Virus record (IMG/VR): IMGVR_UViG_3300009184_000041 | Location: 6,253 to 70,252 of that record | Source: a virus | Length of the DNA: 64,000 bases | Reading direction: 5' to 3' (one strand) | Shown: one piece after another, positions 30,578 to 40,825 of the stretch | Layout of the letters: every line of letters begins with the position of its first letter | How positions within the stretch are numbered: position 1 is the stretch's first letter | Translations under genes and position numbers: made by a program | Notes under the pieces: model-generated | The model's input: only the letters and a program-made list of their open reading frames with translations | Database searches by the model: none | What the model was told of the DNA's origin: nothing

Positions 30578-30886
30578 ATGAATACTGATGCCCTAGTTGC
30601 TCACGCACGAGCAAGATTTGATCACGCAGCCGCACGACGGGTGCTGAAAGAAAAATATCAAGCAAAAATGGTGTTTGCCCATGGCGGCGGAATGTGGCGT
30701 GCTGGACCTGAATTGCTGACTGTGTTATTGGCCTGCGCACAAGACAAAGATGTTGTGATACTAGACTTGTACGAAACCCCAGTAAGGATCACAGTGACAG
30801 ACTTGTTTGCTAAGGCGCACGAACGTTGGCAAGAACAAATGAACGCATGGCAGGTAGAATGGCAAGATTTAAATCAAAAACGTTGA
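30578..30886 (+). CDS. Hypothetical protein (102 aa), first gene of the modification operon
   Basis: ORF directly after the promoter; TTGA overlap with the next gene. Confidence 0.7.
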   Translation: MNTDALVAHARARFDHAAARRVLKEKYQAKMVFAHGGGMWRAGPELLTVLLACAQDKDVVILDLYETPVRITVTDLFAKAHERWQEQMNAWQVEWQDLNQKR

Positions 30887-31680
30887 GTCAAGGTGTGTTG
30901 ATCTTTGCATTCAACAACGAAGCAACAGATTACATTGCCATGGCTGCTTGGAGTGCTCGAAACATTCGCAGGCATCTAAACCTGCCAGTGGCCTTGGTCA
31001 CCGACGATCCAGTGGCAGCCGCACAGTATGATTTTGAACACATCATTTCAACTGTGCCTGACACTGGTGGGTCACGATACTTTGCTGATTATGATGCCAC
31101 AGTGACTTGGCACAATGCCGGACGCATTAATGCTTACGAACTGTCGCCGTTTGAACAAACCTTGGTGCTGGATGCTGACTATGTGATAGCCAGTGATAGA
31201 TTATTGCAAGTACTAGAACTACCACAACAGTTTGCAGCCTTCAAGGATGGATTTGATCCCAGCAGTATGACCAATCTTGACACATTTGGTGCGTACAATA
31301 TGCCCATGTGGTGGGCCACTGTGATGATGTTCCGTCGTGGCAACATCAGCCAATACATATTTGATAGTATGCAAATGATACGCAACAACTGGCAACACTA
31401 CCGTGACTTGTATGGCATTCATCAAAGCAACTATCGCAATGACTATGCCTTGAGCATTGCCCTGGGCTTGGTAGCAGGTGCTGAACAATCAGTGCATGAG
31501 ATATTTTTTCCCATGCTCAACGTCATGCCAGATCATGGATTGACCTGGGTAGAACAAGATCATTATGAAATTGAATACACCAACACTGAAGGTCGACTCA
31601 AAACTCTGAGTTGGGCTGGATTAGATTTTCATGCCATGTGTAAAAAACACTTGGAGGTGATAGTTGCAGCCCATGGATGA
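30883..31680 (+). CDS. GT-A fold glycosyltransferase (GT8-like)
   Basis: GVLIFAFN...YELSPFEQTLVLDADY (DxD)...RNDYALSIA; likely TTG start at 30883 overlapping the upstream stop. Confidence 0.7.
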   Translation: MSQGVLIFAFNNEATDYIAMAAWSARNIRRHLNLPVALVTDDPVAAAQYDFEHIISTVPDTGGSRYFADYDATVTWHNAGRINAYELSPFEQTLVLDADYVIASDRLLQVLELPQQFAAFKDGFDPSSMTNLDTFGAYNMPMWWATVMMFRRGNISQYIFDSMQMIRNNWQHYRDLYGIHQSNYRNDYALSIALGLVAGAEQSVHEIFFPMLNVMPDHGLTWVEQDHYEIEYTNTEGRLKTLSWAGLDFHAMCKKHLEVIVAAHG

Positions 31681-32434
31681 ACAAGGTTACTTAATTGTTG
31701 CTGTCAACAGCGACACAGTGGATTATCAGGACTGTGCCCGTACCTTGGCCAAGACCATACGCTACTGGGATCCGTCAGCACGGATCTGTTTGATAACAGA
31801 CAGCGAATACACCGATCCCATATACGACCATCACAGACAACTAGTGCCGCAGGCCAATCCATTTGCCAATGACGCACAGTTATTCAAACTTACCCCATTT
31901 CGTGAAACCATCAAACTAGAAGCAGACATGTTTGTTGTAAGTCCCATTGCACACTGGTGGACGCAGTTTAGACACAAAGATGTTGTGATCTCAACAGGCT
32001 GTAGAGACTGGCAGGACCGTGTGAGCACAGCAAGACACTATCGCCGTGTATTTGATGCCAACAACTTGCCCGATGTTTACAATGCCATCACATACTGGCG
32101 GCGCAGTGAAACTGCTCGGGAGTTCTTTGGCTGGGTCAGCAACATATTTGCCAACTGGGCAGAGTTTAAGAAACTGTTAAAGTTTCCAGATGAGACGCCG
32201 TCCACTGACCTGGTATATGCCATGGCAGCAGAGATCATGGGCAGAGATCGTGTGACCTTGCCATTCAGTACATATCCACGAATTGTGCATATGAAACGAC
32301 ACATAGCAGGGACGCACACTGAAGCCTGGACTCGAGAACTAGTTTGGGAATATCAAGACATGCGCCTGCGTGTGCAAACTGTAGCACAAACAGGTGCGTT
32401 TCATTACAATGTCAAAGAATGGCGAGCACAATGA
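31664..32434 (+). CDS. GT-A fold glycosyltransferase (GT8-like paralog)
   Basis: GYLIVA...LTPFRETIKLEADM (ExD)...STDLVYAMA...HMK...FHY. Confidence 0.65.
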   Translation: MQPMDEQGYLIVAVNSDTVDYQDCARTLAKTIRYWDPSARICLITDSEYTDPIYDHHRQLVPQANPFANDAQLFKLTPFRETIKLEADMFVVSPIAHWWTQFRHKDVVISTGCRDWQDRVSTARHYRRVFDANNLPDVYNAITYWRRSETAREFFGWVSNIFANWAEFKKLLKFPDETPSTDLVYAMAAEIMGRDRVTLPFSTYPRIVHMKRHIAGTHTEAWTRELVWEYQDMRLRVQTVAQTGAFHYNVKEWRAQ

Positions 32435-32823
32435 AAAAAGTGTTTGTGAATGGCACATTTGATATCTTGCACCGCGGGCATTTGGAACTGTTGACATTTG
32501 CACGAAGTCAAGGCGACTGGTTGACAGTGGCCATTGACAGTGACCGGCGAGTACAACAATTAAAAGGCCACAGTCGGCCCATAAATGACGCAACAGAACG
32601 TGCCAACATGTTGCAACATTTGCGAGCCGTGGATCAAGTCTTGATATTTGACACTGATGCGGAATTGGTAGAATTTATACAACAACATGACGTCATGGTC
32701 AAGGGCAGTGATTACCGCGGTCGACCAATTGTGGGCCAAGACGGTTGCAAACAACTAATATTTTTTGAGGTAGTCAATGGATACAGCACAACAAACAAAA
32801 TACAAGATATTATTAATCGGTGA
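32431..32823 (+). CDS. rfaE: Nucleotidyltransferase, RfaE/HldE domain II-like
   Basis: NGTFDILHRGH (HxGH), VAIDSD..V..LKG..RPI, VKGSDY, GYSTT; ATG at 32431 (ATGA overlap). Confidence 0.85.
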   Translation: MKKVFVNGTFDILHRGHLELLTFARSQGDWLTVAIDSDRRVQQLKGHSRPINDATERANMLQHLRAVDQVLIFDTDAELVEFIQQHDVMVKGSDYRGRPIVGQDGCKQLIFFEVVNGYSTTNKIQDIINR

Positions 32824-33532
32824 TGCCTGTGAGGACATCTACACATACGGATACGTAAACCGCATCAGTCCAGAAGCACCTGTGCCTATCTTTGAACCAC
32901 ATTCGACCATATACCGAGATGGCATGGCTGGAAATGTTCGAAAGAATCTAGAAGCATTGGGGTGTGAGGTTGACTTCATACGTGGCAAAACTAGCCGAAA
33001 GAAACGCCTGATTGATGAACGTACCAAACAACAACTACTGAGACTTGATGAGGATGCTGTCAGTGAGCCTGTTACATTTGAAACAGCCATACCTCCCATA
33101 TACGATGCCATTGTGATCAGTGACTACAACAAAGGCACAGTCAGTTACGAACTAATTGAAGAACTGGTTGACGAAGTTGATGTGCCCATTTTTGTTGACA
33201 CAAAGAAAACAGATCTAGCAAGACTAGCCGGTTGTTATGTGAAGATCAATGCACTGGAAAAAAGTCGTGCAACAAGTTTTCCTGACCCAGAACATTTGAT
33301 TGTCACACACGGCGGCAATGGTGCTTTTTGGAATGGTTGGGTATATCCTGCTGAAATTGCAGGCGATGTTGTTGATGTATGTGGTGCAGGTGATACGTTT
33401 TTGGCAGCACTTGCGTACAAATTTCTAGTGACAAACAACATGCCCACCGCAGTAAAGTTTGCAAATCAAGCCGCAGCCGTCACGGTGCAACATGTGGGCG
33501 TTTATGCACCAAGATTGGACGAAATCAAATGA
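32777..33532 (+). CDS. rfaE: PfkB-family sugar kinase, RfaE/HldE domain I-like
   Basis: IGDACEDIY..G.VNRISPEAPVP, ISDYNKG, DVCGAGDTF. Confidence 0.85.
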   Translation: MDTAQQTKYKILLIGDACEDIYTYGYVNRISPEAPVPIFEPHSTIYRDGMAGNVRKNLEALGCEVDFIRGKTSRKKRLIDERTKQQLLRLDEDAVSEPVTFETAIPPIYDAIVISDYNKGTVSYELIEELVDEVDVPIFVDTKKTDLARLAGCYVKINALEKSRATSFPDPEHLIVTHGGNGAFWNGWVYPAEIAGDVVDVCGAGDTFLAALAYKFLVTNNMPTAVKFANQAAAVTVQHVGVYAPRLDEIK

Positions 33533-33888
33533 CAAGACTGACAGGCAGAGTAGAAAAAGGGTGGGGCTCAGAAGAAATTTGGGCAACCAATGATCAGTAC
33601 TGCGGCAAACTAATGCGGTTTAACACTGGCGCACGTTTCAGCATGCACTTCCATGCAGAGAAAGATGAGTCTTGGTATGTGCTCGACGGGCTGTTCCGAG
33701 TGGTGTTTATTGAAACAAAGGATGCCAGTCAACACGAAGCCATACTCAAACCTGGTACTACCTGGCGCAATCGTCCACTACAACCACATCAGTTGATCTG
33801 TATCGAAGCCGGTACTATCATTGAAGTCAGTACACCAGACTCAGTAGAAGACAACTACAGAGTAATGCCCGGAGATAGCCAAAAATGA
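33529..33888 (+). CDS. Cupin-fold sugar isomerase-like protein
   Basis: VEKGWGSEEIW...YCGK...FSMHFHAEKDESWY...PHQL...EVST.D...DNYRV. Confidence 0.75.
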   Translation: MTRLTGRVEKGWGSEEIWATNDQYCGKLMRFNTGARFSMHFHAEKDESWYVLDGLFRVVFIETKDASQHEAILKPGTTWRNRPLQPHQLICIEAGTIIEVSTPDSVEDNYRVMPGDSQK

Positions 33889-34202
33889 AATATATAATTG
33901 ACATTGACGGTACCGTATGTAACAATACCAACGGCAATTATCATGATGCTGTTCCGTTCGCGGATAGGATTGATCATTTTAACCGACTGTTTGATCAGGG
34001 TCATGAAATACACTATTGGACAGCCAGGGGAGGTAATACCGGCACTGACTGGACTGTCCTGACCGCACAACAATTTGCTGACTGGCAAGTAAAGTACACC
34101 AGTTTGAGTATGCACAAACCAACTTATGATATTTGGATTGATGACAAAGCAATCAATGTAGAAAATTATTTTGTAGAGAACGCAGCCAACGATGACACCT
34201 GA
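33885..34202 (+). CDS. HAD-superfamily phosphatase (capsule-biosynthesis type)
   Basis: DIDGT motif I, WTARG motif II, KP..DIWIDDKA motifs III/IV. Confidence 0.8.
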   Translation: MKYIIDIDGTVCNNTNGNYHDAVPFADRIDHFNRLFDQGHEIHYWTARGGNTGTDWTVLTAQQFADWQVKYTSLSMHKPTYDIWIDDKAINVENYFVENAANDDT

Positions 34203-34527
34203 AGAATTTTGGTCTATATTACATGCAGTGCCCGAACCCGCACAGCCATTTTATCGCTTGTACCACAATAACCAAGGCCGGCCACTATTCTACAGCATGG
34301 AGGATCGGCCTGGTACATACATTGAGATTGATCAAGAGACATTTGCTCGTAGCGCCACTAATGTGCGTGTAAAAAACGGTCGGTTAATAGAAATAACGTG
34401 GGCAACCACAACAAAATTGGTCCCTGGCAACTCTGGATCCCCTTGTCATCCTGACAATGTCGCTGTAATCGTTGCTGAGGACCAACCTCATATCAAATGG
34501 AGCAAACGCACATATGAATCAAATTGA
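34192..34527 (+). CDS. Hypothetical protein (111 aa)
   Basis: Overlap-coupled ORF in the operon; no motif recognised. Confidence 0.6.
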   Translation: MTPEEFWSILHAVPEPAQPFYRLYHNNQGRPLFYSMEDRPGTYIEIDQETFARSATNVRVKNGRLIEITWATTTKLVPGNSGSPCHPDNVAVIVAEDQPHIKWSKRTYESN

Positions 34528-35440
34528 CATTGCAGACTTGGACTGTGTATACCTAAGTTATGATGAACCTGAAAAAGAAGAGTTTTGGGTACGGATCAAA
34601 AACATGGTACCATGGGCCACCAGAGTTGATGGCATCAAAGGTTCTGATGCAGCACACAAAGCCGCAGCCACAGCCAGCACCACTGAACGTTTTATCTTGA
34701 TTGATGGTGACAACATTCCAGATGCAGCCTTCTTCAATCAAACACTGACGTTTGACACGCCAGACTGGGAACAGGCAGTGTTTCGTTGGCGTGCCAGAAA
34801 TCACATCAACGGACTCATGTACGGCAATGGTGGCTTGAGTTCATGGACCCGTGAGTTTGTGTTCAACATGCGCACACATGAAGCCACTGATGGACGTGTG
34901 GAAACAGAAGTGGAGTTTTGTTTTGATCCCTTGTACTGGCCCATGTATGACTGCTACTCGACTACGTATCCTAATGGGTCAGCATTTCAAGCATGGCGTG
35001 CTGGCTTCCGTGAAGGCGTAAAAATGTGCCTGAACCGAGGGGCAAAGCCCACAGTGGAAGAATTTCAACAACAAGTACATCAACGCAACCTAGATCATTT
35101 GACCATATGGCACAACATTGGTGCTGACGTCAACAACGGTCAGTGGGCCATGGCTGGCGCTAGACAAGGCACATACATGACCATGCTCACAAACTGGGAT
35201 CACCGACTGGTACAAGACTTTGATGCTCTAGCCGAGATATGGGAAACTGTAAAAGATGCAGAACCAAGGCTGTTGGGCGGGCGTGTGGCAGATGATTTGC
35301 ACGGTCAACTGGACTTGCCCATGGCCATATTTGAAGGCGAACAAAGTCGGTTTTTCAAACAACACTATCGATCAAACTGGCACAATCGTGGTCTCATGGT
35401 TAGAGAGATTGATGTTATCAGACAGCAAGAAGGCTGGTAA
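34514..35440 (+). CDS. GT-A fold glycosyltransferase-like protein
   Basis: VYLSYDEP...RVDGIKGSDAAHKAAA...FILIDGDN (DxD)...NGLMYGNGG...AWRAGFREGVKM; likely start 34514. Confidence 0.6.
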   Translation: MNQIDIADLDCVYLSYDEPEKEEFWVRIKNMVPWATRVDGIKGSDAAHKAAATASTTERFILIDGDNIPDAAFFNQTLTFDTPDWEQAVFRWRARNHINGLMYGNGGLSSWTREFVFNMRTHEATDGRVETEVEFCFDPLYWPMYDCYSTTYPNGSAFQAWRAGFREGVKMCLNRGAKPTVEEFQQQVHQRNLDHLTIWHNIGADVNNGQWAMAGARQGTYMTMLTNWDHRLVQDFDALAEIWETVKDAEPRLLGGRVADDLHGQLDLPMAIFEGEQSRFFKQHYRSNWHNRGLMVREIDVIRQQEGW

Positions 35441-36375
35441 TGTATATTTTAGGATGTACAAGTGATCGTATATGGAATATTCCAGCATTGATTCAATACC
35501 TTACACACCGCCAATGCCAACCGATTATCATTGATATCCAGCCCGAAGCAATATGTTTACATAATCTTGGATTGTATGATATACTAGATTGTTTTAATTT
35601 TGAATCAGTGACCATACACACTTGGAATCCGCTTGAAACACATCCTCAATATACCGTTAAGTATAAAGGTAAAAACTTTTGGTTTGATCGTCAAGCAGAT
35701 ATAACAGATACTCAACGTGAATACACTGGGGCAAAAACTTTTTTGTGCTTGTACCATAGGCCCACTGCCGGACGACTAGCACTAGCTGGATACCTACAGC
35801 AATATTATGCCAATTCGAGCCTTATTCATTTTAGCACTAGTACAACATATGACAATCTTATTCAATTTGAGTTTGATAAACTACTAAGTTGGCATTTGCC
35901 AAGTGTATCAAATGCAAGTAAATTATTGTCACAGTTGCCTATATTATTATTGTCTAATAATCAGTACACAAGCACTCAAGGATATTTTTATAATGATCCG
36001 TTAACTAACTTATATCGTGATATTTTAATTGATGTGGTAGTAGAAAGTCATGTGATTGGTAATACATTTTTTCCTACAGAAAAAACTGTAAGACCTATGT
36101 TGTTAGGAAAACCTTTTTTGGCATTTGCCAGTGTTGACTATTTGGCATATTTGCGTCAAATGGGATTTAGAACTTTTGCAGATTTTTGGTCTGAAGATTA
36201 CGACGGCTACGAGGGAAGAGAAAGATTGGTTAGAATGTTAGCAGTCATAGATGAAATATCTGCTCTGACTGCTAACCAGCGAGAAACAATGTTTTGGGAC
36301 ATGCAATATACTTTGCAACATAACCGCCAGATACTATTACAACAATCTTGGAACAATACCATTACAAAAATATGA
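35440..36375 (+). CDS. GT10-like (TEKTxxP family) putative glycosyltransferase, copy 1
   Basis: Y...LIDVVVES...FPTEKTVRPMLLGKPF...LRQMGFRTF..FWSEDYD...HN; visibly AT-rich. Confidence 0.55.
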   Translation: MYILGCTSDRIWNIPALIQYLTHRQCQPIIIDIQPEAICLHNLGLYDILDCFNFESVTIHTWNPLETHPQYTVKYKGKNFWFDRQADITDTQREYTGAKTFLCLYHRPTAGRLALAGYLQQYYANSSLIHFSTSTTYDNLIQFEFDKLLSWHLPSVSNASKLLSQLPILLLSNNQYTSTQGYFYNDPLTNLYRDILIDVVVESHVIGNTFFPTEKTVRPMLLGKPFLAFASVDYLAYLRQMGFRTFADFWSEDYDGYEGRERLVRMLAVIDEISALTANQRETMFWDMQYTLQHNRQILLQQSWNNTITKI

Positions 36376-37769
36376 ACAAAGGTGACGAATCAGTAGACAA
36401 CAAAAGCAAGTTTCTTAGCTCTGCCGAGCTGATGAAGGAACAACTGGGTCCTGCACTGTGCCTGGCAAAATGGAAACAGGTAAGTTTGCATTTACCCACC
36501 GGGCTCAACAACAGTTGTTATCATCCTCCCTTGCACCCAATTAATCCTGCAGAAATTGCAATAGATGTGTCAGCATTGCACAACACCGCACACAAAAAAC
36601 AACAACGCCAAATGATGTTGACAGGAGAAAAACCCACGGAATGCCAGTACTGCTGGAACATGGAAGATGCGGGCAAACTAAGTGACAGACACTATCGTTC
36701 AGGCGAGCCCTGGGCCTCAATGGATTTTGAATCAATAAAGACGAGCACAGGAGAAGAAAATGTTATCCCCAGTTATGTTGAAGTTAATTTTAATCACGCT
36801 TGTAATCTTAAGTGTAGTTATTGTAGCCCTCAGTTTTCGAGCTCATGGGCAGATGAGGTTGCACGACTGGGCGCTTTTCCTACTAGCAGTCCACACAACT
36901 CTCCTGATCATTTTATGGGCCAGCGTAGACCAATTCCAGTCAGAGACACCAACCCTTATGTTGAGGCCTTCTGGCAATGGTGGCCAGACTTGTACCCTCA
37001 CCTAAAACATTTTCGCATGACTGGTGGTGAGCCATTGCTGGACAAAAATACCTATCGTGTGTTTGATTACGTGTTGGCCATGCCTAATCCTCAACTACAT
37101 TTGAATGTCACAAGTAACTTTTCAGTAGATGAAAAGTCATGGCAAAAGTATTTGACCTATGTCAAAGCCATATGCGATGGACGCATTGAACACTTCATGC
37201 AGTATGTGAGCCTGGATGGTTGGGGCGAGCAAGCAGAGTACATGCGCCATGGCCTGGACTTTGACTTGCTGTGGGATCGAGTAAATCAATTCTTAACTGA
37301 AGTACCCAACTACTCAAGTCTTACATTTATCATCACAATGAACAACTTGAGTGTCACGAGTTTAGACAAACTGTTTGCTGGCATACTGGGCTTGAGAAAA
37401 GTGTACAGCACGGACTATCAACGTGTGTGGTTTGACACACCGGTGTTGCGCGAGCCTGCCTGGCAGAGTCTACAGATATTGCCCGAAAGTTATGCTGAAC
37501 GACTGGAATGGCTATGGGCTTGGATGGTGCGACAGATTGAAACTGAAGAGGCACCGTTCAAAGGATTCAAAGATTACGAACTGCACAGATTGGATCGTGA
37601 CATTGCTTGGATGCGATCAGCACAGTTAGAAAATCACCATCAAGCCAAGGCAGACTTTTATCGTTTCTTCAGTGAACATGATCGTCGCCGTGGCACAGAT
37701 TTCTTGAAGACATTTCCTGAAATGCGATCATGGTGGGAGGAGTGTGCATACCATGCTAGGCAATCGTAA
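36372..37769 (+). CDS. Radical SAM enzyme with N-terminal Twitch-like domain, copy 1
   Basis: CNLKCSYC and TGGEP; N-terminal CLAKW...SCYH...CQYCW; ATGA start at 36372. Confidence 0.85.
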   Translation: MNKGDESVDNKSKFLSSAELMKEQLGPALCLAKWKQVSLHLPTGLNNSCYHPPLHPINPAEIAIDVSALHNTAHKKQQRQMMLTGEKPTECQYCWNMEDAGKLSDRHYRSGEPWASMDFESIKTSTGEENVIPSYVEVNFNHACNLKCSYCSPQFSSSWADEVARLGAFPTSSPHNSPDHFMGQRRPIPVRDTNPYVEAFWQWWPDLYPHLKHFRMTGGEPLLDKNTYRVFDYVLAMPNPQLHLNVTSNFSVDEKSWQKYLTYVKAICDGRIEHFMQYVSLDGWGEQAEYMRHGLDFDLLWDRVNQFLTEVPNYSSLTFIITMNNLSVTSLDKLFAGILGLRKVYSTDYQRVWFDTPVLREPAWQSLQILPESYAERLEWLWAWMVRQIETEEAPFKGFKDYELHRLDRDIAWMRSAQLENHHQAKADFYRFFSEHDRRRGTDFLKTFPEMRSWWEECAYHARQS

Positions 37770-38856
37770 AGTCATTGTGGATGAGTGGGCCGAAGTATGG
37801 GACTTGCTCAAGACACATGCAGATGGCAGTTTCTGGCAATGGTCAGACGTTGTGCTTGACCCAGACAATATTTACATTGTTGGGCGTGTGATATTAAAAG
37901 ACAACTGGACAGAAATAACAGAGTGGGCACGCCGGTATCCTGGACGCATTGTGTTTTCAAATCCTGCCGAAGGCAGTGAAACCATACTGTTGCAACTCAC
38001 ACGCCTGCGCATCAAAGAACAAGTTCGCCGGGGCGACATCTTGTTGTTGACATCAGGCGACTTGGAACCAGGCTGGAACTATTGCAAAACAGACTGTTAT
38101 TTCTCCAACATTGTGGAGTATTTGGAAAACTTACATGCGCATGAGTCTTATCCCGAAGTGTATCACAAAATCAACAAGCCTTACGACTTCCTGTTCCTAA
38201 ATGGCCGGCTACGTCCACATCGCAAGTATCTAATAGATGCCATGCGTGATCGACAGTTGCTGGATCGAGCACTGTGGACCAATCTCAATGACCGTGTGGA
38301 AATGGCCTGGAGTAGTCAGTTACCAATCAGCAACTCAGAACCCGTACGATTGTTGCCCCCACAATACGAGATTGATCGCGCACTGCCTAATATGGACACA
38401 GTCCCCACAGGATTTGTAAAACATCATTTGTTTGGCAACACCTGGGGCGATGCCGAAGTCAATCCTGCTGCCTACATTGACACTTACTTCAGTGTGATTA
38501 CAGAGACTATATACGACTATCCTTATACATTCCGTACTGAAAAGATTTGGAAACCCATGATCATGTGCCATCCGTTTGTGGCAGCAGCCAACCGCGGTTA
38601 TTATAGGGATTTACACAGTGCAGGATTCCAAACATTCGGGCACCTGATTGATGAAAGTTTTGATCAGATCGATGATCCCCGAGATCGTGCCAATCGCATT
38701 GTTGACACAGTAGCAGATATATGTTACAATGGTGCTGCCAGTTTCTTGGAGAGTGCTAGATCCGTTTGTAAATACAACTATCAACAACTTCGCGAACACA
38801 ATCGTCGTGAACGTGCAGAACTCCCAGAACGTTTGGCCCAATACATCAATGAATGA
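37753..38856 (+). CDS. GT10-like (TEKIxKP family) putative glycosyltransferase, copy 2
   Basis: FLFLNGRLRPHR...YIDTYFSVITET...RTEKIWKPM...GFQTFGHLIDESFD. Confidence 0.55.
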   Translation: MLGNRKVIVDEWAEVWDLLKTHADGSFWQWSDVVLDPDNIYIVGRVILKDNWTEITEWARRYPGRIVFSNPAEGSETILLQLTRLRIKEQVRRGDILLLTSGDLEPGWNYCKTDCYFSNIVEYLENLHAHESYPEVYHKINKPYDFLFLNGRLRPHRKYLIDAMRDRQLLDRALWTNLNDRVEMAWSSQLPISNSEPVRLLPPQYEIDRALPNMDTVPTGFVKHHLFGNTWGDAEVNPAAYIDTYFSVITETIYDYPYTFRTEKIWKPMIMCHPFVAAANRGYYRDLHSAGFQTFGHLIDESFDQIDDPRDRANRIVDTVADICYNGAASFLESARSVCKYNYQQLREHNRRERAELPERLAQYINE

Positions 38857-40186
38857 TTTAGAATTTAAACAACAGGTGTTAGATCCTGTATCCGCAAGTT
38901 TTTGTGCAGCGAAGTGGTACAATGCTACCATTTGGTTAGGAAGTGGGCAGACCACAAGTTGCCATCACCCGCCAGCCCATTTGATTGACGTTGATAAAGT
39001 CAATAACAACTCTAGGCTGCTGCACAATACTGATCAAAAGAAAGCGGACCGGCAACAGATGTTGGCTGGTGAACGCCCAGCAGGCTGTGAATACTGCTGG
39101 AAGATTGAGGACATGGACACCAACGCTGTGAGTGACCGTGTGTACAAATCAAAAATTTACCCCATAGAGGCACTACATGAAGCAGTTAAAACTCCCGTCA
39201 CCGATGACGTTAATCTTAGAACACTGGAAATCAGTTTCGATCGCACTTGTCAATTTGCTTGTTCTTATTGCAATCCTGCTTTTAGTTCCACTTGGGTCAA
39301 TGATATACGCCAGCATGGACCCTACAACGGGTTGGTTAGCGATGGCCGGAACCATTTTACTCACACTCATGATAGCAGTCAACTTTATAAATTCGGTGAG
39401 ACTAATCCTTACGTGGAAGCTTTCTTCGACTGGTGGGAACGAGACCTCCACCATACCCTCCAAGAACTCCGAATAACCGGCGGTGAGCCCTTGATGTCAG
39501 GCTACACCTGGAAACTGATAGAGTGGTTCAAAATCAATCAAGGGCGCAGTACCACACGCCTGGCTATTAATTCAAACTTGGGAATCGAACTGCCTAAAAT
39601 GATGGAGTTTGCTGATGCCATACGCACTCTCCCAGACGTTGAGTTATACACCAGTATGGAAGCTACATGGACGCAGGCTGAGTACATACGCGATGGCCTG
39701 GACTTTGATCAGTGGTTTGGCAATATGCTGTATTTGCTGGAAGGCGACTTTGTCAACAAGATACATGTTATGGGCACAATCAATGCTTTGTGTTTGACCA
39801 CTTTGGTCAATAACTTGAACATGTTGTTGGCCTTTAAACAAAAATACGGTCGTGACCGAGTGAACTTTACACTGAACATTTTGCGTTTCCCCAGTTTCCA
39901 AAGTGCGCTGGTATTACCAGACAATCTGCGCAATCAATATCGATTGCAATTACAGGCTTGGTTGTTTCACAATCAAGATAATCCTTGTTTGCACGAACAC
40001 GAAGTAAATCATGTGCAACGTCTGATTGATTATTTGGACATAGTAAAAACTCCACACTCAGAAGCATTTGAGCTGCCTAAACTGTTGAATGATTTTAAGC
40101 AGTTCTACACACAATATGATCAACGCCGTGGCAAGAATTTTACAGCAACATTTCCGTTATTGGCAGATTGGTACCATACTCTCTGA
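38849..40186 (+). CDS. Radical SAM enzyme with N-terminal Twitch-like domain, copy 2
   Basis: CQFACSYC, TGGEP; FCAAKW...SCHH...CEYCW; closest paralog of copy 1. Confidence 0.85.
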   Translation: MNDLEFKQQVLDPVSASFCAAKWYNATIWLGSGQTTSCHHPPAHLIDVDKVNNNSRLLHNTDQKKADRQQMLAGERPAGCEYCWKIEDMDTNAVSDRVYKSKIYPIEALHEAVKTPVTDDVNLRTLEISFDRTCQFACSYCNPAFSSTWVNDIRQHGPYNGLVSDGRNHFTHTHDSSQLYKFGETNPYVEAFFDWWERDLHHTLQELRITGGEPLMSGYTWKLIEWFKINQGRSTTRLAINSNLGIELPKMMEFADAIRTLPDVELYTSMEATWTQAEYIRDGLDFDQWFGNMLYLLEGDFVNKIHVMGTINALCLTTLVNNLNMLLAFKQKYGRDRVNFTLNILRFPSFQSALVLPDNLRNQYRLQLQAWLFHNQDNPCLHEHEVNHVQRLIDYLDIVKTPHSEAFELPKLLNDFKQFYTQYDQRRGKNFTATFPLLADWYHTL

Positions 40187-40189
40187 GCC

Positions 40190-40825
40190 ATGTTAAAAGC
40201 AACAATCATTTATTTGCCTGGTGCTGCCGGCAATATGTTATATAAAACATTAACTCTCAGCGAAAAAACAATCACTGGCACAGCTGGCAAAGATCTCAAC
40301 GAATATAATAAAAAACTAACTGCGGAAGAAAAGTTCAATCGATATTCAGTATGGGACAGTTACAATTGGAAAAAAGAAGAGACAAAAGATTGTTTAAATT
40401 TTAAACTGGGGTTGGTCGATTTTTATCATTATGAACAATGCCAGCTATGGCTGATAGATCATTGGCATCCTGTTGAATTCTACAATCAATACACGACAAA
40501 TATTTTGTGGGGCGATGTTTTCTATGAAAAAGTTATTTTAATTCAAGTTAATCCAGGCCACAGAGAGTTTTTGATAAACAATCAAACTGCCAAACAATAT
40601 TGCCTTGACTTTGATGATGAGTATCAACACCAACTCAAACTACAGAATATGTTTCAAGATCGACTGCTAGTGATTCCGTTTGATAGTTTTTTTGATAAAC
40701 AGGCATATCTGGACCAAATTATCCTATTGGACACAAAATTAAATTTAGAACTAGATATGGACCTGGTTGCAAAACTATGGCAAAATTGGTTTCGGGAAAG
40801 TTTTCGTCTGTGGAGATCTCAATGA
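40190..40825 (+). CDS. Hypothetical protein, possibly P-loop/sulfotransferase-like
   Basis: N-terminal IIYLPGAAGNML; AT-rich; lies between rSAM genes. Confidence 0.45.
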   Translation: MLKATIIYLPGAAGNMLYKTLTLSEKTITGTAGKDLNEYNKKLTAEEKFNRYSVWDSYNWKKEETKDCLNFKLGLVDFYHYEQCQLWLIDHWHPVEFYNQYTTNILWGDVFYEKVILIQVNPGHREFLINNQTAKQYCLDFDDEYQHQLKLQNMFQDRLLVIPFDSFFDKQAYLDQIILLDTKLNLELDMDLVAKLWQNWFRESFRLWRSQ

